Part shown: positions 9,960 through 20,868 of the stretch, one piece after another
Position numbering within the stretch: position 1 is the first letter of the stretch
Layout: each line of letters begins with the position of its first letter
Source of the DNA: an uncultured delta proteobacterium
Lineage (GTDB): Bacteria > Myxococcota > B64-G9
DNA: 64,000 nucleotides
NCBI GenBank assembly: GCA_963754925.1
Contig: CAVWHX010000007.1
Span: 96,001 to 160,000 of the forward strand
Direction: 5' to 3'
Program-made: the position numbers and the translations under genes
Notes under the pieces: generated by a model
Databases searched by the model: none
What the model was told of the DNA's origin: nothing
Seen by the model: the letters and a program-made list of their open reading frames with translations, nothing else

Positions 9960-12900
9960 ATGGGGGGCGCGGTCTCGCTTATGTTGCGCCACCGAACCAT
10001 TGCCTTGTTCCTGGCGGCGGTTTTGGTGTTCGCCGGCGTGAATGCCTACCTTGACCTTCCGGTTGAAGCGTTCCCGGACATGACCAATGTCCAGGTGCAG
10101 ATCATCACCCTCTACCCGGGACATGCCGCTGAAGAAGTCGAAAAGCTCGTCACCATCCCGATCGAAAACGAGATGAATGGAATACCCAAGCGGGTATCCA
10201 TGCGGTCGATCTCCCTCTTTGGGTTGTCGCAGGTGACCATTGTCTTCGAGGATGACGCCAAAAGTGATTATGTGCGCAGCCAGGCTTTTCAACACCTATC
10301 GACCGTGACCTTACCCGCAGGGACCCAAGCGGTGCTTTCGCCAGATGCCACGCCAATCGGCGAAATCTATCGCTACACCCTGCGCGCGCCGGAGGGATAT
10401 TCGGCGATCGAACTGAAATCTCTGCAAGACTGGGTGGTCGAGCGCAAATTGCGCACGGTGCCCGGTGTCGTCGATGTGGTTGGATTTGGCGGGCCGATAA
10501 AACAATTTCAAGTGCTCGTCGATCCAGAAAAGCTCCGCGCCTACGGCCTTTCGCTTAAACAGATTTTCGATGCCCTCTCGAGCGGTAATCAAAATGCGGG
10601 CGGATCGTACGTCGAGCACGGATCGGAAATGTACGTGGTGCGGGGTCTGGGTTTTGTGCGCAATACCGTGGACATCGCGAAAATAGCGGTGGCGACGCAC
10701 AACGGTATTCCGATTTGTATCGGAGACATCGGCGCCGTCGAGATCGGCGGACGGTTGCGCTTGGGACGGGTCGGCGCGATTAACCCGCGCGGCCAAGATC
10801 AGGATGATGTGGTCGAGGGTATCGTCCTGATGCGCCGCGGCGAGAGCCCACTGGCAGTGCTCGAGCGGGTGCACGAGAAAGTTGACGAGATCAATGCGCA
10901 CTACCTACCGCCCGGTGTGGAGATAGCCCCATTTTATGATCGGACCGAATTGGTCGATCGAACGCTTCACACCGTCAGGGCGAATATGGCGGAGGGGATC
11001 GGGCTCGTGTTGCTGGTGCTCATCCTCTTTTTAGGTATCGGCAATTACCGCTCCGCCCTGACGGTCGCTACGGTTGTACCGCTGTCGCTGCTCGGCGCCT
11101 TCTTGCTGCTCGATTTGCGTGATATCCCGGCCAATCTGATTTCGATGGGGGCGATCGATTTCGGAATCATTGTCGACTCGGCGGTGGTGATTATCGAAAA
11201 CATGTTGCGGCTCCTCAAGGAGCGCCGGAAGACCTCGATTCCGCTGGCGACAACTATCGTCGATGCCGTACGCGAGATGGGCCGACCGGTCCTTTTCTCA
11301 AAAGCGATCCTACTCGCGGCGTTTATCCCGCTGTACAGCCTGCAGCGAGTTGAGGGGAAAATCTTCTTGCCGATGGCGCTCACCCTCACCTTCGCCCTGG
11401 TCGCCGGGACGTTATTCGCCTTCACCATCGTTCCTATCCTCGCCAGCTACTCCTCAAAAGAAAAAACGCTTCATGAAGAATCGGCTGTCGTCCGCTTGCT
11501 CACGCGCCTCTACACGCCGCTGCTTTCCCGCGCCCTGAAATCGCGCATGCTGGTCTTCGCGGCTGCTTTTGTCCTCATCGCCGCAGGCGCTTTCTGTTTC
11601 ACGCAGCTCGGCTCGGCCTTCCTTCCGAAGCTCGATGAGGGGTCCCTGTGGGTGCGCGTTTTCATGCCGCAGTCGATCGCGCCGACTGAAGCGATTCAGA
11701 TCACCCGGAATGTGCGGGCATTGCTGGCTTCGTTCCCCGAGGTTACCCACGTGGTGAGCCAACTGGGTCGGCCGGACGACGGAACCGACATCAACGGATT
11801 CAACGTCGCGGAATTCTCGGTCACCTTGTTACCTCGCGACGAATGGAAAACTGCGGACAATCGCGAGGCACTCAGCGAAGTCATGGCGAAAAAACTGGCC
11901 ATTCTTCCCGGCCTTCAGTCCCAATTCAGCCAATACATTGAAGACAACGTGAATGAGGCGGTTTCGGGCATCAAGAGCGAGCTCGCGGTCAAGCTTTTTG
12001 GTGAAGACCCGGAAAAGCTGCAAACTATCGGCGAGCAGATCGCCAAGGTGTTGCGATCAATTCCCGGCTCGAAAGACGTCAGCGCGGACACCCTCATCGG
12101 CCAGCCGCAGATTCAGATCTCGGTTGATCGAGCGGCGATCGCCCGCTATGGAATGACCGTGACCGATGTGCAATCGGTCATTACCACCGCCATGAGCGGC
12201 GCCACGGCGACACAGGTTCTCGAAGGGGAACGAACGTTTGATCTGGTGGTAAAGATGACGCCACGGGCGGTTTCGGATGTCGACTCGATCCGCAATATTC
12301 CCGTGCTCGGTCCGAGCGGAGAACATTTAACGCTCGGCGCACTTACCAGCGTTGAGGTCAAACCCGGTCTGGCGCGAATCATGCGCGAGGAGAATGCGCG
12401 GCGCATCGCGATAAAATTTTCCGTCCGCGGACGCGACATGGGATCGCTGGTTTCCGAGGCGCAAAAAAAGGTTGCCGCGGACGTGAAGCTGCCGACGGGG
12501 TACCGCCTCGAATGGACCGGCGCGTTCGAGAATCAAAAACGAGCTGTGGGACGCCTGCAGATCATCGTTCCGATAACGCTGCTCATCATCTTTTTCCTTC
12601 TCTTCATCGCCTTCGACTCGGCCAAACTTGCCTCGCTGATCGTGGTTAATATCCCGTATGCCCTGGCTGGAGGAATCATGGCTCTCCTCGTCGCCAACCT
12701 CGATCTATCGGTTTCGGCGCTCGTCGGCTTTGTCGCCGTCCTCGGCATCTCGATCCAAAACCGAGTCATCATGGTGGCGCGGATTCGCGAGCTGCGTCGC
12801 CAGGGGATCGTTCAGGCCGCTGCGATTCTCGACGGAGCCACCTCGCGTGTTCGTCCGATGGTAATGACCGCGCTCATGGCCATCCTGGGGCTCCTGCCAG

Positions 12901-13076
12901 CGGCTGTCTCAAAAGCTGTCGGGGCTGAAACGGCCCGGCCGTTCGCGGTGGTCATCATCGGCGGACTCATTGCCGACACCCTGCTTACGCTCTTCATGGT
13001 ACCGATCCTGTATCAGTGGTTCGAGCCGAAACAGCCCCAGTCGAACGATACCTCGATACCCGGAAAGGAGAATTAA
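9960..13076 (+). CDS. CusA/CzcA-family heavy-metal RND efflux transporter
   Basis: 1038 aa; LPVEAFPD, ANLISMGAIDFGIIVD, FLPKLDEG, RVRPMVMTA motifs. Confidence 0.95.
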   Translation: MGGAVSLMLRHRTIALFLAAVLVFAGVNAYLDLPVEAFPDMTNVQVQIITLYPGHAAEEVEKLVTIPIENEMNGIPKRVSMRSISLFGLSQVTIVFEDDAKSDYVRSQAFQHLSTVTLPAGTQAVLSPDATPIGEIYRYTLRAPEGYSAIELKSLQDWVVERKLRTVPGVVDVVGFGGPIKQFQVLVDPEKLRAYGLSLKQIFDALSSGNQNAGGSYVEHGSEMYVVRGLGFVRNTVDIAKIAVATHNGIPICIGDIGAVEIGGRLRLGRVGAINPRGQDQDDVVEGIVLMRRGESPLAVLERVHEKVDEINAHYLPPGVEIAPFYDRTELVDRTLHTVRANMAEGIGLVLLVLILFLGIGNYRSALTVATVVPLSLLGAFLLLDLRDIPANLISMGAIDFGIIVDSAVVIIENMLRLLKERRKTSIPLATTIVDAVREMGRPVLFSKAILLAAFIPLYSLQRVEGKIFLPMALTLTFALVAGTLFAFTIVPILASYSSKEKTLHEESAVVRLLTRLYTPLLSRALKSRMLVFAAAFVLIAAGAFCFTQLGSAFLPKLDEGSLWVRVFMPQSIAPTEAIQITRNVRALLASFPEVTHVVSQLGRPDDGTDINGFNVAEFSVTLLPRDEWKTADNREALSEVMAKKLAILPGLQSQFSQYIEDNVNEAVSGIKSELAVKLFGEDPEKLQTIGEQIAKVLRSIPGSKDVSADTLIGQPQIQISVDRAAIARYGMTVTDVQSVITTAMSGATATQVLEGERTFDLVVKMTPRAVSDVDSIRNIPVLGPSGEHLTLGALTSVEVKPGLARIMREENARRIAIKFSVRGRDMGSLVSEAQKKVAADVKLPTGYRLEWTGAFENQKRAVGRLQIIVPITLLIIFFLLFIAFDSAKLASLIVVNIPYALAGGIMALLVANLDLSVSALVGFVAVLGISIQNRVIMVARIRELRRQGIVQAAAILDGATSRVRPMVMTALMAILGLLPAAVSKAVGAETARPFAVVIIGGLIADTLLTLFMVPILYQWFEPKQPQSNDTSIPGKEN

Positions 13077-13115
13077 CTCTTGCACAACGTCATAAAATCG
13101 GTCAGTGTTGCGTCT

Positions 13116-14009
13116 ATGAAAAACTCAACTCTCTTAATTCTCGTTAGTCTTGTTATGTTCCAAGCTCTTTTCTTTGGTTGTAGCAAGAAAGAGCCCAACC
13201 AAGGCGGTTCGGAGTCGTCGAAAGCCGGCGAGGCTCAGAACAAACAAGCGGAGCCGGCATCCGTTGCACCGACAACCATTCCACCTCCCCCCGATGTAGC
13301 CGCCCCGCCGGCCGACGCGCAAAAGACTTCTTCCGGCTTATCGTCGAAGATTCTTCAAGCCGGCACCGGAACAACCCACCCGACCGCCGAGGATATCGTC
13401 AAGGTCCATTACACCGGATGGACTACCGACGGAAAAATGTTCGATAGCTCCATAGTACGAGGACAGCCGTTAAGCTTTCCGTTGAATCGAGTCATCCCCG
13501 GCTGGACCGAGGGCGTACAGCTTATGGTGACCGGCGAAAAGCGACGCCTCTGGATTCCCGAAGGGCTGGCATACCAGGGTCGGGCGGGAGCGCCTCAGGG
13601 AATGCTGGTCTTTGATGTCGAGTTGCTCGACATCATCGCTCCGCCGAAAGCGCCCGACGACGTGAAAGCGCCTCCCGCAGACGCGATTAAACCGAAATCT
13701 GGACTCGTTTCCAAGGTATTGAAGGCTGGTACCGGAACAACTCATCCCGGTCCAACATCCACGGTAACCGTGCATTACTCTGGCTGGACCACCGACGGCA
13801 AAATGTTCGACAGCTCAGTTACCCGGGGGAAACCCACAACCTTTTCCCTAAGCGATGTCATTGCAGGCTGGACCGAGGGATTGCAGTTGATGGTGACCGG
13901 AGAGCAACGCCGTTTGTGGATTCCCGAGGAGTTGGCATATAAGGGCCGGGCGGGCGCTCCCCAAGGCATGTTGGTTTTCGATGTTGAATTGATATCGATT
14001 AAAAACTAA
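13116..14009 (+). CDS. Lipoprotein with two tandem FKBP-type PPIase domains
   Basis: Two near-identical VHYxGWTTDGKMFDSS...VIxGWTEG...LVFDVEL domains; lipobox FFGC. Confidence 0.93.
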   Translation: MKNSTLLILVSLVMFQALFFGCSKKEPNQGGSESSKAGEAQNKQAEPASVAPTTIPPPPDVAAPPADAQKTSSGLSSKILQAGTGTTHPTAEDIVKVHYTGWTTDGKMFDSSIVRGQPLSFPLNRVIPGWTEGVQLMVTGEKRRLWIPEGLAYQGRAGAPQGMLVFDVELLDIIAPPKAPDDVKAPPADAIKPKSGLVSKVLKAGTGTTHPGPTSTVTVHYSGWTTDGKMFDSSVTRGKPTTFSLSDVIAGWTEGLQLMVTGEQRRLWIPEELAYKGRAGAPQGMLVFDVELISIKN

Positions 14010-14048
14010 TCCTGCGTGCCCGAAACGATAATTCACCTCTAGCAGTGT

Positions 14049-14447
14049 CTATTTTCCCAAGAGACGCGCATAGAGATGGTCACCGAGGGATTCACGCATC
14101 ATCGCCTCGACCATATTCTCAAAGTCACTGCGCTGATGATCGTTGTCGTAGATGAATTGAATTCCCATACCGGGCTCTTTTTGTTGACGATTAGAGGGTT
14201 TATCGGGCTCGTTGATCCACACCACTACTCCCCGGATGTCAATCGGCTGAGAAAGGCGTGGAATCACCAGTTTAAAGAGAAATTCCGTCCCAATCGGCAG
14301 AGGTCGTTCGGTTTTAATGAACGTGCCACCCTTAGAGATATTTTTTGTGTAATCGGCAAAGAATGTGTTGAGTTTTTTGTATTCAACCTTCAGTTCGATT
14401 GGCGCACGAACATGTTGGCGCTTTTCTGGGGTACCCGTCTCCGTCAT
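14049..14447 (-). CDS. PilZ-domain protein (TIGR02266-like)
   Basis: EKRQHVR, YTKNISKGGTFIKT, PGMGIQF motifs. Confidence 0.9.
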   Translation of the reverse strand: MTETGTPEKRQHVRAPIELKVEYKKLNTFFADYTKNISKGGTFIKTERPLPIGTEFLFKLVIPRLSQPIDIRGVVVWINEPDKPSNRQQKEPGMGIQFIYDNDHQRSDFENMVEAMMRESLGDHLYARLLGK

Positions 14448-14711
14448 GGTAGGTGGTCCCTTCGGTTAACAAACCATCAACATTATCGAATTGTAATTCA
14501 GAAGATACGTTAACGTCAATTCTTTTGGCCTGTTTTTGGTTTACTATACGTTGAATTCGATGGTTACGCTTGATTAAAACGTTGCTCTCATTGACAACAA
14601 AACAAATCCAGACTTAATCTATGCAAAGATTCGTTTCGACGCTTGGGAAAAACATTTTTGGATAAGGACTAATAACAACGTTTATTTTTTCCTTTCCTGG
14701 GGTCAGGTCAT

Positions 14712-15326
14712 ATGATCGATACGCTTAAAACCATAGTAGATTGCACTCTTACCTGCGTGGCTCTCATCAATCCCATCAGCAAGCTTTTCTTGCTTTCGAC
14801 ACTGTCAAAACGGGCTACTGGCGCTGAAATCGCCCGCATTGCGATAAAATCATCGTTTGTCGCTACCATGATCCTTCTTTCCTTCGTTTTCGCCGGCAAC
14901 TTCATACTAGTCGTTGTGTTTCACATTCAGATTTACGCGTTTAAAATCGCTGGCGGACTGGTATTGCTCTACCGTGGATTCGAGGCCCTAAACAAAGGCC
15001 TCTTTTTCGAATTCGATGAGACCCAGAAGCTTGAAGAGATATCCGTCGTGCCCCTCGCCTCGCCGATGATTGCAGGACCAGCCACCATCGCCGGGGCTGT
15101 TTCATTCCCGGCCAAGTACGGACTGACGGTTACCGCCTTGTCAATTCTTATCGCCGTCGGCTTCAATTTGGCTGTCATGCTGGCCGCAAGACCTATCGCC
15201 GGGTTCTTTGATCGCCACCACATCATGGGCGCGCTGATACGTATCACCGGCCTTATTGTGGCCACTATTGGTGTTCAGATGATATTGGATGGCGGCGGGG
15301 ACTATTTCAAAGCGACCGGTTGGTAA
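14712..15326 (+). CDS. MarC-family membrane protein
   Basis: INP, FKIAGG, VPLASPMIAGPATI, RITGLI motifs; multiple TM segments. Confidence 0.92.
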   Translation: MIDTLKTIVDCTLTCVALINPISKLFLLSTLSKRATGAEIARIAIKSSFVATMILLSFVFAGNFILVVVFHIQIYAFKIAGGLVLLYRGFEALNKGLFFEFDETQKLEEISVVPLASPMIAGPATIAGAVSFPAKYGLTVTALSILIAVGFNLAVMLAARPIAGFFDRHHIMGALIRITGLIVATIGVQMILDGGGDYFKATGW

Positions 15327-15579
15327 AACTCTTCTCGAGCACCCCATTCCCTCAAACGATGTGATCGTGCTCGTGTAATGCTAAACAAAAACTTTAGATA
15401 GCTATCTATACTATATCGATATATCAATATTTTACTGACAGACAGCCTGGGTGCAACCTTCGATGAGCGACACCCGCAAACTTTGCCCATGGACCATAGT
15501 TCTCAAAAATCTTGCGAATTAAGCCCGGCTCCCCGGTGGAATCGATTTCTCTCAGCGCTTGATGCTCCCTCACTTGGCC

Positions 15580-16365
15580 TCAGGCGGCTCTTTCCAGAAC
15601 TTTCCTGGCAACATTTGTTATTAAGTTGCGCGGGAAGAAACGATGGAGCTCTGAAAGTACAATATTGCCAACCCCCGTCACAACAATAGGTTTGCCCTTT
15701 AGCATAGCGTGGTAACCAATTTCGGCTACCGTCTTCGCATCCATCATACCATTTCGCACTAATCTTGAACCTTCCATCTTAGCTGCAGCTTGAAATTCGG
15801 TTTTTGTAGCCCCGGGACAAAGAGCGGTCACGGTGACGCCGGTTCCCTTCACCTCGTTGGCAAGCGCCTCCGAGAATGAAAGAACGTAAGCTTTGGAGGC
15901 GCAGTAGGTGGCCATCAACGGACCCGGCTGAAAGGAAGCGGTTGACGCGAGATTCATAATGCGGCCGCTTTTTCGTTGTATCATTCCCGGCAAAAAAAGC
16001 CTGGTCAAATGGGTTAGGGCGACAATGTTGACCTGCAAAAGCTCCAATTCTCTCGTCACATCATGCTCGGAGAATAAACCATAGGTCCCGAACCCGGCGT
16101 TATTCACCAAAACATCCAAGGCCACGGATTCCGACTGAAGAGCCTTGAATATCCGGTCGGGCGCCTCCGGCTCGGCCAAATCTATTGGCATCGCCGTGGC
16201 GGCTATCCCCTGTCCTCTTTGTAGTTGGTCGGCTACGTTCTCCAACGTATCCTTTCGGCGAGCGACCAGGAACAAATCGTAACCGTCTATGGCAAAAAGT
16301 TTAGCGAGTTCCAGCCCGATCCCGCTGGATGCGCCGGTAATCAATGCTTTTTTTCGACTGTTCAT
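15580..16365 (-). CDS. Short-chain dehydrogenase/reductase
   Basis: TGASSGIG, NNAG, YCASK, LCPG motifs. Confidence 0.95.
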   Translation of the reverse strand: MNSRKKALITGASSGIGLELAKLFAIDGYDLFLVARRKDTLENVADQLQRGQGIAATAMPIDLAEPEAPDRIFKALQSESVALDVLVNNAGFGTYGLFSEHDVTRELELLQVNIVALTHLTRLFLPGMIQRKSGRIMNLASTASFQPGPLMATYCASKAYVLSFSEALANEVKGTGVTVTALCPGATKTEFQAAAKMEGSRLVRNGMMDAKTVAEIGYHAMLKGKPIVVTGVGNIVLSELHRFFPRNLITNVARKVLERAA

Positions 16366-16487
16366 GACCTGATACCTCCCTTGAGATTTCCGAACAAACA
16401 GAATGCTAATGAACAATTATAATTGCTTAAGATTCAGCGGTCGTTTGTCAAGCCGCGAATTTTCAACTAAAATGACGGCGAGATCCG

Positions 16488-16892
16488 CTAAGGAAGCTGA
16501 TAGCCAACGGCCGTGCCCCCATCTACCGTGAGCGCGCGGGTTAGAATGATTGCCGTTTTTTTTGACGTCTGGCACACGGTAAAACCCACCTCGTAACGCC
16601 CATTGGTAAGGTTGAGAACCTTCGTCAGGCGTGTCTCCGGTCGATGACGTTCGTCAAAGAAAAACCGCGTCAGCGAAACTACTTCAGCGGTCGATTCGAC
16701 CTCGCTTACCCGGAGATCGAGTTCGGTCAAATCGCGGACAAGATCGTCCGAGAGATCAATGCTGATGGTCACTTCGTGCTTCAAGGATACCGTTATCTGA
16801 TTGACGGCAAGACCGATCGCGATACCGAGAAAGACGAGGCCGACTATTTTGCGAATTCGTTGAGACGTATTAGTGATGCGGTCGTTGTTCAT
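16488..16892 (-). CDS. Hypothetical protein with N-terminal TM anchor
   Basis: 134-aa ORF, hydrophobic N-terminal helix, co-oriented with neighbours. Confidence 0.6.
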   Translation of the reverse strand: MNNDRITNTSQRIRKIVGLVFLGIAIGLAVNQITVSLKHEVTISIDLSDDLVRDLTELDLRVSEVESTAEVVSLTRFFFDERHRPETRLTKVLNLTNGRYEVGFTVCQTSKKTAIILTRALTVDGGTAVGYQLP

Positions 16893-16962
16893 GCGCCCCG
16901 GAAACGAAGAGAGGTACTCTCCCTTCCCAAAAAACTAAGAGGTGCGGGTTTCTCGCTGCAGG

Positions 16963-17376
16963 TTACTTCGCTCGATTCCTTCGATACGAAGCCTTTTCCA
17001 CTTTCTTGATTCGTACGTTGGTTTCAGTTTTCGGGCGCAGCGAATCGCTCTCATCTATGAAGCGCACCTTCGTGTCGATCTCCAACGAGATTGACGACAA
17101 AACCCTCTTGAAAACCGCCACAAGATCGGTGGACTGCAAAAACTCGCGCAGTTCCTTGGAGAGAATTTTGGACAGATCTTCCTTTGACTTGGCCATCTGG
17201 TTGGACAGGTACTGAATCGCATCTTTGGGCAATTTCATTTCCCCGAAAAACGAGCGGATACCATCTTCGGAGGTAAGTAGGGCATCCGCTCCTGAAAGAA
17301 AGGCCCGCTTGAAAAACTCCGGCAGTGACCGGTCGGACTTTTTTGCACCAGAAGAATCGTCGGGTAATCTGTCCAT
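16963..17376 (-). CDS. Hypothetical helical protein
   Basis: 137-aa ORF with RBS-like AGGTGA upstream, co-oriented with rtcB. Confidence 0.65.
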   Translation of the reverse strand: MDRLPDDSSGAKKSDRSLPEFFKRAFLSGADALLTSEDGIRSFFGEMKLPKDAIQYLSNQMAKSKEDLSKILSKELREFLQSTDLVAVFKRVLSSISLEIDTKVRFIDESDSLRPKTETNVRIKKVEKASYRRNRAK

Positions 17377-17461
17377 ATCACCTATCCTTTTCTGTGTTCA
17401 GCATAACGAGAGAACGTCCCCTAGGTCAACAGTCATTCACATGACAAAACGACCCTCGCGA

Positions 17462-18940
17462 TCATCCCTTGAGCACTGCCAAAGGAACAAACCGTGCAAC
17501 CGGGGCCGCCAATCCAGCGCCGACAACCGTTTCGATAACGGCATCGATATCTTTATACGCTGCCGGCGCCTCCTCTTTGATACTGCGCGGGTCTTCGCAC
17601 AGCAACAGTATCCCTTCCATACTCTCTTCAAATTCCCTGTCAGAAATTATTCCGCCGCTCTGCTTCCCTTTTCGGCTGCGCCTACCCCGCCTTCCCGATC
17701 CCGCCGCCGCCTTTCGGGACATGGTGCGGCCGGCGCCGTGGTTGGTTGAAAATAAACTCACCACACCTTCTTCGACCCCGCGCAGCAACCAACTCGCCGT
17801 CCCCATCGACCCGGGCACCAAAACCGGCTGACCGAGATCGGCAAAAGGGGTCCCGGTCATGAGCGTTGCCGGAAAAGCCCGTGTGGCGCCCTTGCGATGG
17901 ATCATCAGCTTTCGGTTATGGTGCCACTCGAGCGACGCAAGGTTATGAGCCACATCGTACACCGTATCCAGTGGCTCCTGGCCCAGAATTTCCCGCAACA
18001 CTTTTTTCACCATCACGGCCATCAGGGTGCGGTTGGCAAAAGCGTAGTTGGCCGCGGCGTTCATCGCCCCCAGGTAATCCTTGCCACTAGCGCTATCGAG
18101 CGGAAGGATGGCCAGGTGAGCATTGGGCACCGGTATCTTTAGTTCTCGGTCGAAAGATGCGGCAGTCTGCATGTAGTATGAGCCAATCTCGTGTCCGAGA
18201 CCGCGCGAACCCGAATGAATCATCACCACCAGCTGCTCTTCACGCAAGCCCCAGCGCGCGGCGCAAACCGCGTCCGCAATATGATCGACGCGCTGGAACT
18301 CGATAAAATGGTTGCCGCCGCCGAGCGTAGCGAGCTGACCGGCGCCGCGTTCAAACGCTCGGCCTGGTACGGCGTTCAATGCTCCCGGAAGGCTGCCGTT
18401 GCGCTCGATATGTTCGAGGATGTCTTCTTCTTCGATAAAATCAATCGCCGATAAAAGATGCGCATTGGTCAATACGGCGTTCTGATTTCTTTTTAGTTCC
18501 GCAAGCAGTCCTGGCACCCCTTCTTTGAGGGTGGCTTGCAACGCCTGCGGAGCCAAGCGCAGATTGCTCTTGCCCTCGCCGAGCGGAATAATCCGGCGCA
18601 CGCCGAAGGCGAGACTTCTGATATCCACATCCGCGGCCTTCCAGGGAGTGGTAAGAAGCCGCATGCCGCAGTTGATATCGTAACCGACTGCCGCGGGCGA
18701 AATAAAGTCCTCGGCTCCCACCACGCCCCCGATCGGTACGCCGTAGCCCACGTGAATGTCCGGGGTGGCAAGCACCGCGGCCACGTTCGGCAATGAAGCC
18801 GCATCGGCAAGTTGTGAAAGGGATTCCGGTTCAACCGGGATCCTCTCCGACACAAAAACGCGCGCCGGGACCTGCATCGTGCCTTGCTTGGGCACGTTCA
18901 GTTCATACGGACCAACACGCTCAACCTTCACCTTCAACAT
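17462..18940 (-). CDS. rtcB: RtcB RNA 3'-phosphate/5'-OH ligase
   Basis: PDIHVGYGVPIG, VGYDINCG, TLGGGNHFIE, HSGSRG, HRKGAT, HGAGR, EEAPAAYK motifs. Confidence 0.96.
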   Translation of the reverse strand: MLKVKVERVGPYELNVPKQGTMQVPARVFVSERIPVEPESLSQLADAASLPNVAAVLATPDIHVGYGVPIGGVVGAEDFISPAAVGYDINCGMRLLTTPWKAADVDIRSLAFGVRRIIPLGEGKSNLRLAPQALQATLKEGVPGLLAELKRNQNAVLTNAHLLSAIDFIEEEDILEHIERNGSLPGALNAVPGRAFERGAGQLATLGGGNHFIEFQRVDHIADAVCAARWGLREEQLVVMIHSGSRGLGHEIGSYYMQTAASFDRELKIPVPNAHLAILPLDSASGKDYLGAMNAAANYAFANRTLMAVMVKKVLREILGQEPLDTVYDVAHNLASLEWHHNRKLMIHRKGATRAFPATLMTGTPFADLGQPVLVPGSMGTASWLLRGVEEGVVSLFSTNHGAGRTMSRKAAAGSGRRGRRSRKGKQSGGIISDREFEESMEGILLLCEDPRSIKEEAPAAYKDIDAVIETVVGAGLAAPVARFVPLAVLKG

Positions 18941-19071
18941 AACGCATTATTTTGCCACAGAAACGAACGGGTGAGGAGATATTCTTTCCTCATGCCAAAA
19001 GCTACGAAAATCTCTAGAGCTTTTCAATATGGCTGAATATCATAACTGTTAGATCAACGATCTTCCTGCGC

Positions 19072-19335
19072 TTACGTATCGTTATTCAATTTCTTAAGTG
19101 GATCTTGTGCGGTAGGTTGCTGTTTATCTTTTCGCCCGAGGGCAAGCAGCTCAGACTCCAAGACGCTCAAACCGAGCTCTAATCTCTTCAAAAAAGATTC
19201 GATGCAAAGCAACGTAGCGTCGATTTTGTCAAAGCGCCGGTTGACGATGACAAAATTGTCGAAGACCATCTTGGAGTTGTTTTCGATATTCACCATCAAT
19301 AGTTTGTGTTTTTCTATATCCATTAACTTCTCCAT
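19072..19335 (-). CDS. Small hypothetical coiled-coil protein
   Basis: 87-aa ORF only. Confidence 0.35.
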   Translation of the reverse strand: MEKLMDIEKHKLLMVNIENNSKMVFDNFVIVNRRFDKIDATLLCIESFLKRLELGLSVLESELLALGRKDKQQPTAQDPLKKLNNDT

Positions 19336-19833
19336 TTCATCATCTCGCTAAAAATACGCCGCACATCGTTTTAAAAGATTCTCCAAGTCCACAGAATCGT
19401 TACCCATCTTTTAAATATTGAAATGCAATTTAGATACCAAGTTAATGCACTCACATCGATAATGATTATTGATTCAATAAAGTTATTTATTATTCGAATA
19501 GATGTCACCTGCCGTCAATACTGGGGAATTGGTTAATGGTTTGCAGAGAGCCTTCAAAATCATACATCAGGTGTCTGATTTTCGGACACCGTGGTGTCAG
19601 TGCAACCCTAGCGACTAGAAAATCCTAAGTAGCAGACAGTCTCTTATCCCGTGGGCTTGGCTGGGGATCCAGCAATTGCATGTATTCAACGTCTACTTTC
19701 GGCGGAATGACCAGTATAACTATTGAAAAGTTGTCGACCGGAAAAGGTTTCTATTAATTTCTTCTTTTCCTTTTTAGATCTGAGGGGTTTTGAATAATTA
19801 TATTTCCCTAGCTTTATTCTGTTCGTAAGATGG

Positions 19834-20688
19834 TTACCCACAATTTGTATCTGGGTTACAACTATCGCAACAACCGGATTTACACCATACTTTACCAGAT
19901 GCTTGTGTACAGGCATCGCTGCAAACAGTATCAGAACAGCTTGATAAACAACAACCTTGTTTACAGCAATATTGACCAATAGGACACGGAATATAACTAT
20001 TTCTTGAGCATTCACATAATCCACCGACAATACAAACATCGGCCCATGGAATGGCAGTGTTAGCGCAATCAGCTAGCTGTTCACAACTACATATTCCTCC
20101 ATTACAGGTGGGGCTATATCCCGTATGACCTTTACACGTTGCTCCGCAGGCGCCACAGTTTGTCGCCGACGATAACAGATTTTCCTCGCAACCGTTTGTC
20201 CAGTCACCATCGCAGTTACCATAATTACTATCACATTTATATGAACAAGTACTGTTACTACACGTCGAACCGCTCGCGTTTGCCACTTTACAGTTATTCG
20301 CACAACTACCGCAATGTTCCGGATTGCTCGTGGTATCGATACAACTCCCATCGCAACAGCTCTCCGTATTGGCATTACAAGGACCACAGGCGGGTCCGCA
20401 TCGGTAAAAATAATTAGAGGCACTTGATGAACGGGTGCATGCGCCGAGGATGCCGGCCAAGCACGGCGCACTTCCGACGTAGCATATACCAGAGTTACTT
20501 TCATAACAATCAGCCACGGCACCAACACATTCAGGCTTGACACACATCCCCTCGCTATTGCACAGGTATCCGGTATCGCAGTTTTCATTTTTCGTACATT
20601 TGGAATCCGGCGAGCCCGGGCATCCGGAAACCAAGACTACGAGCACCAGAGTTAGTGGCAAAACGTCCCAATAAGATTTACCCTTCAC
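19834..20688 (-). CDS. Cys-rich repeat lipoprotein (myxobacterial type)
   Basis: Lipobox VSGC; repeated NCGACG/HCGSC and CDGDWTNGCE units; AGGAGG RBS. Confidence 0.8.
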   Translation of the reverse strand: MKGKSYWDVLPLTLVLVVLVSGCPGSPDSKCTKNENCDTGYLCNSEGMCVKPECVGAVADCYESNSGICYVGSAPCLAGILGACTRSSSASNYFYRCGPACGPCNANTESCCDGSCIDTTSNPEHCGSCANNCKVANASGSTCSNSTCSYKCDSNYGNCDGDWTNGCEENLLSSATNCGACGATCKGHTGYSPTCNGGICSCEQLADCANTAIPWADVCIVGGLCECSRNSYIPCPIGQYCCKQGCCLSSCSDTVCSDACTQASGKVWCKSGCCDSCNPDTNCG

Positions 20689-20868
20689 AGCACTCCTCCT
20701 TCAAAAGAATTCAGTCTCTCGAAATCATATATTGTTATTTTATCCATTCTTTAACCTTGTCCGTCAAGCTGAAAATTCCGTCAGTATCTCGATAACTTTA
20801 GACAATTCTTTATTGACAATTATTCTTTTTTGGCTGTATAAGCTCCCCCACCGGGGAGGTGGCACTGC

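Noticed and set aside
13330..13990. Internal DNA duplication in the FKBP gene
   Set aside because: Ordinary tandem domain duplication.
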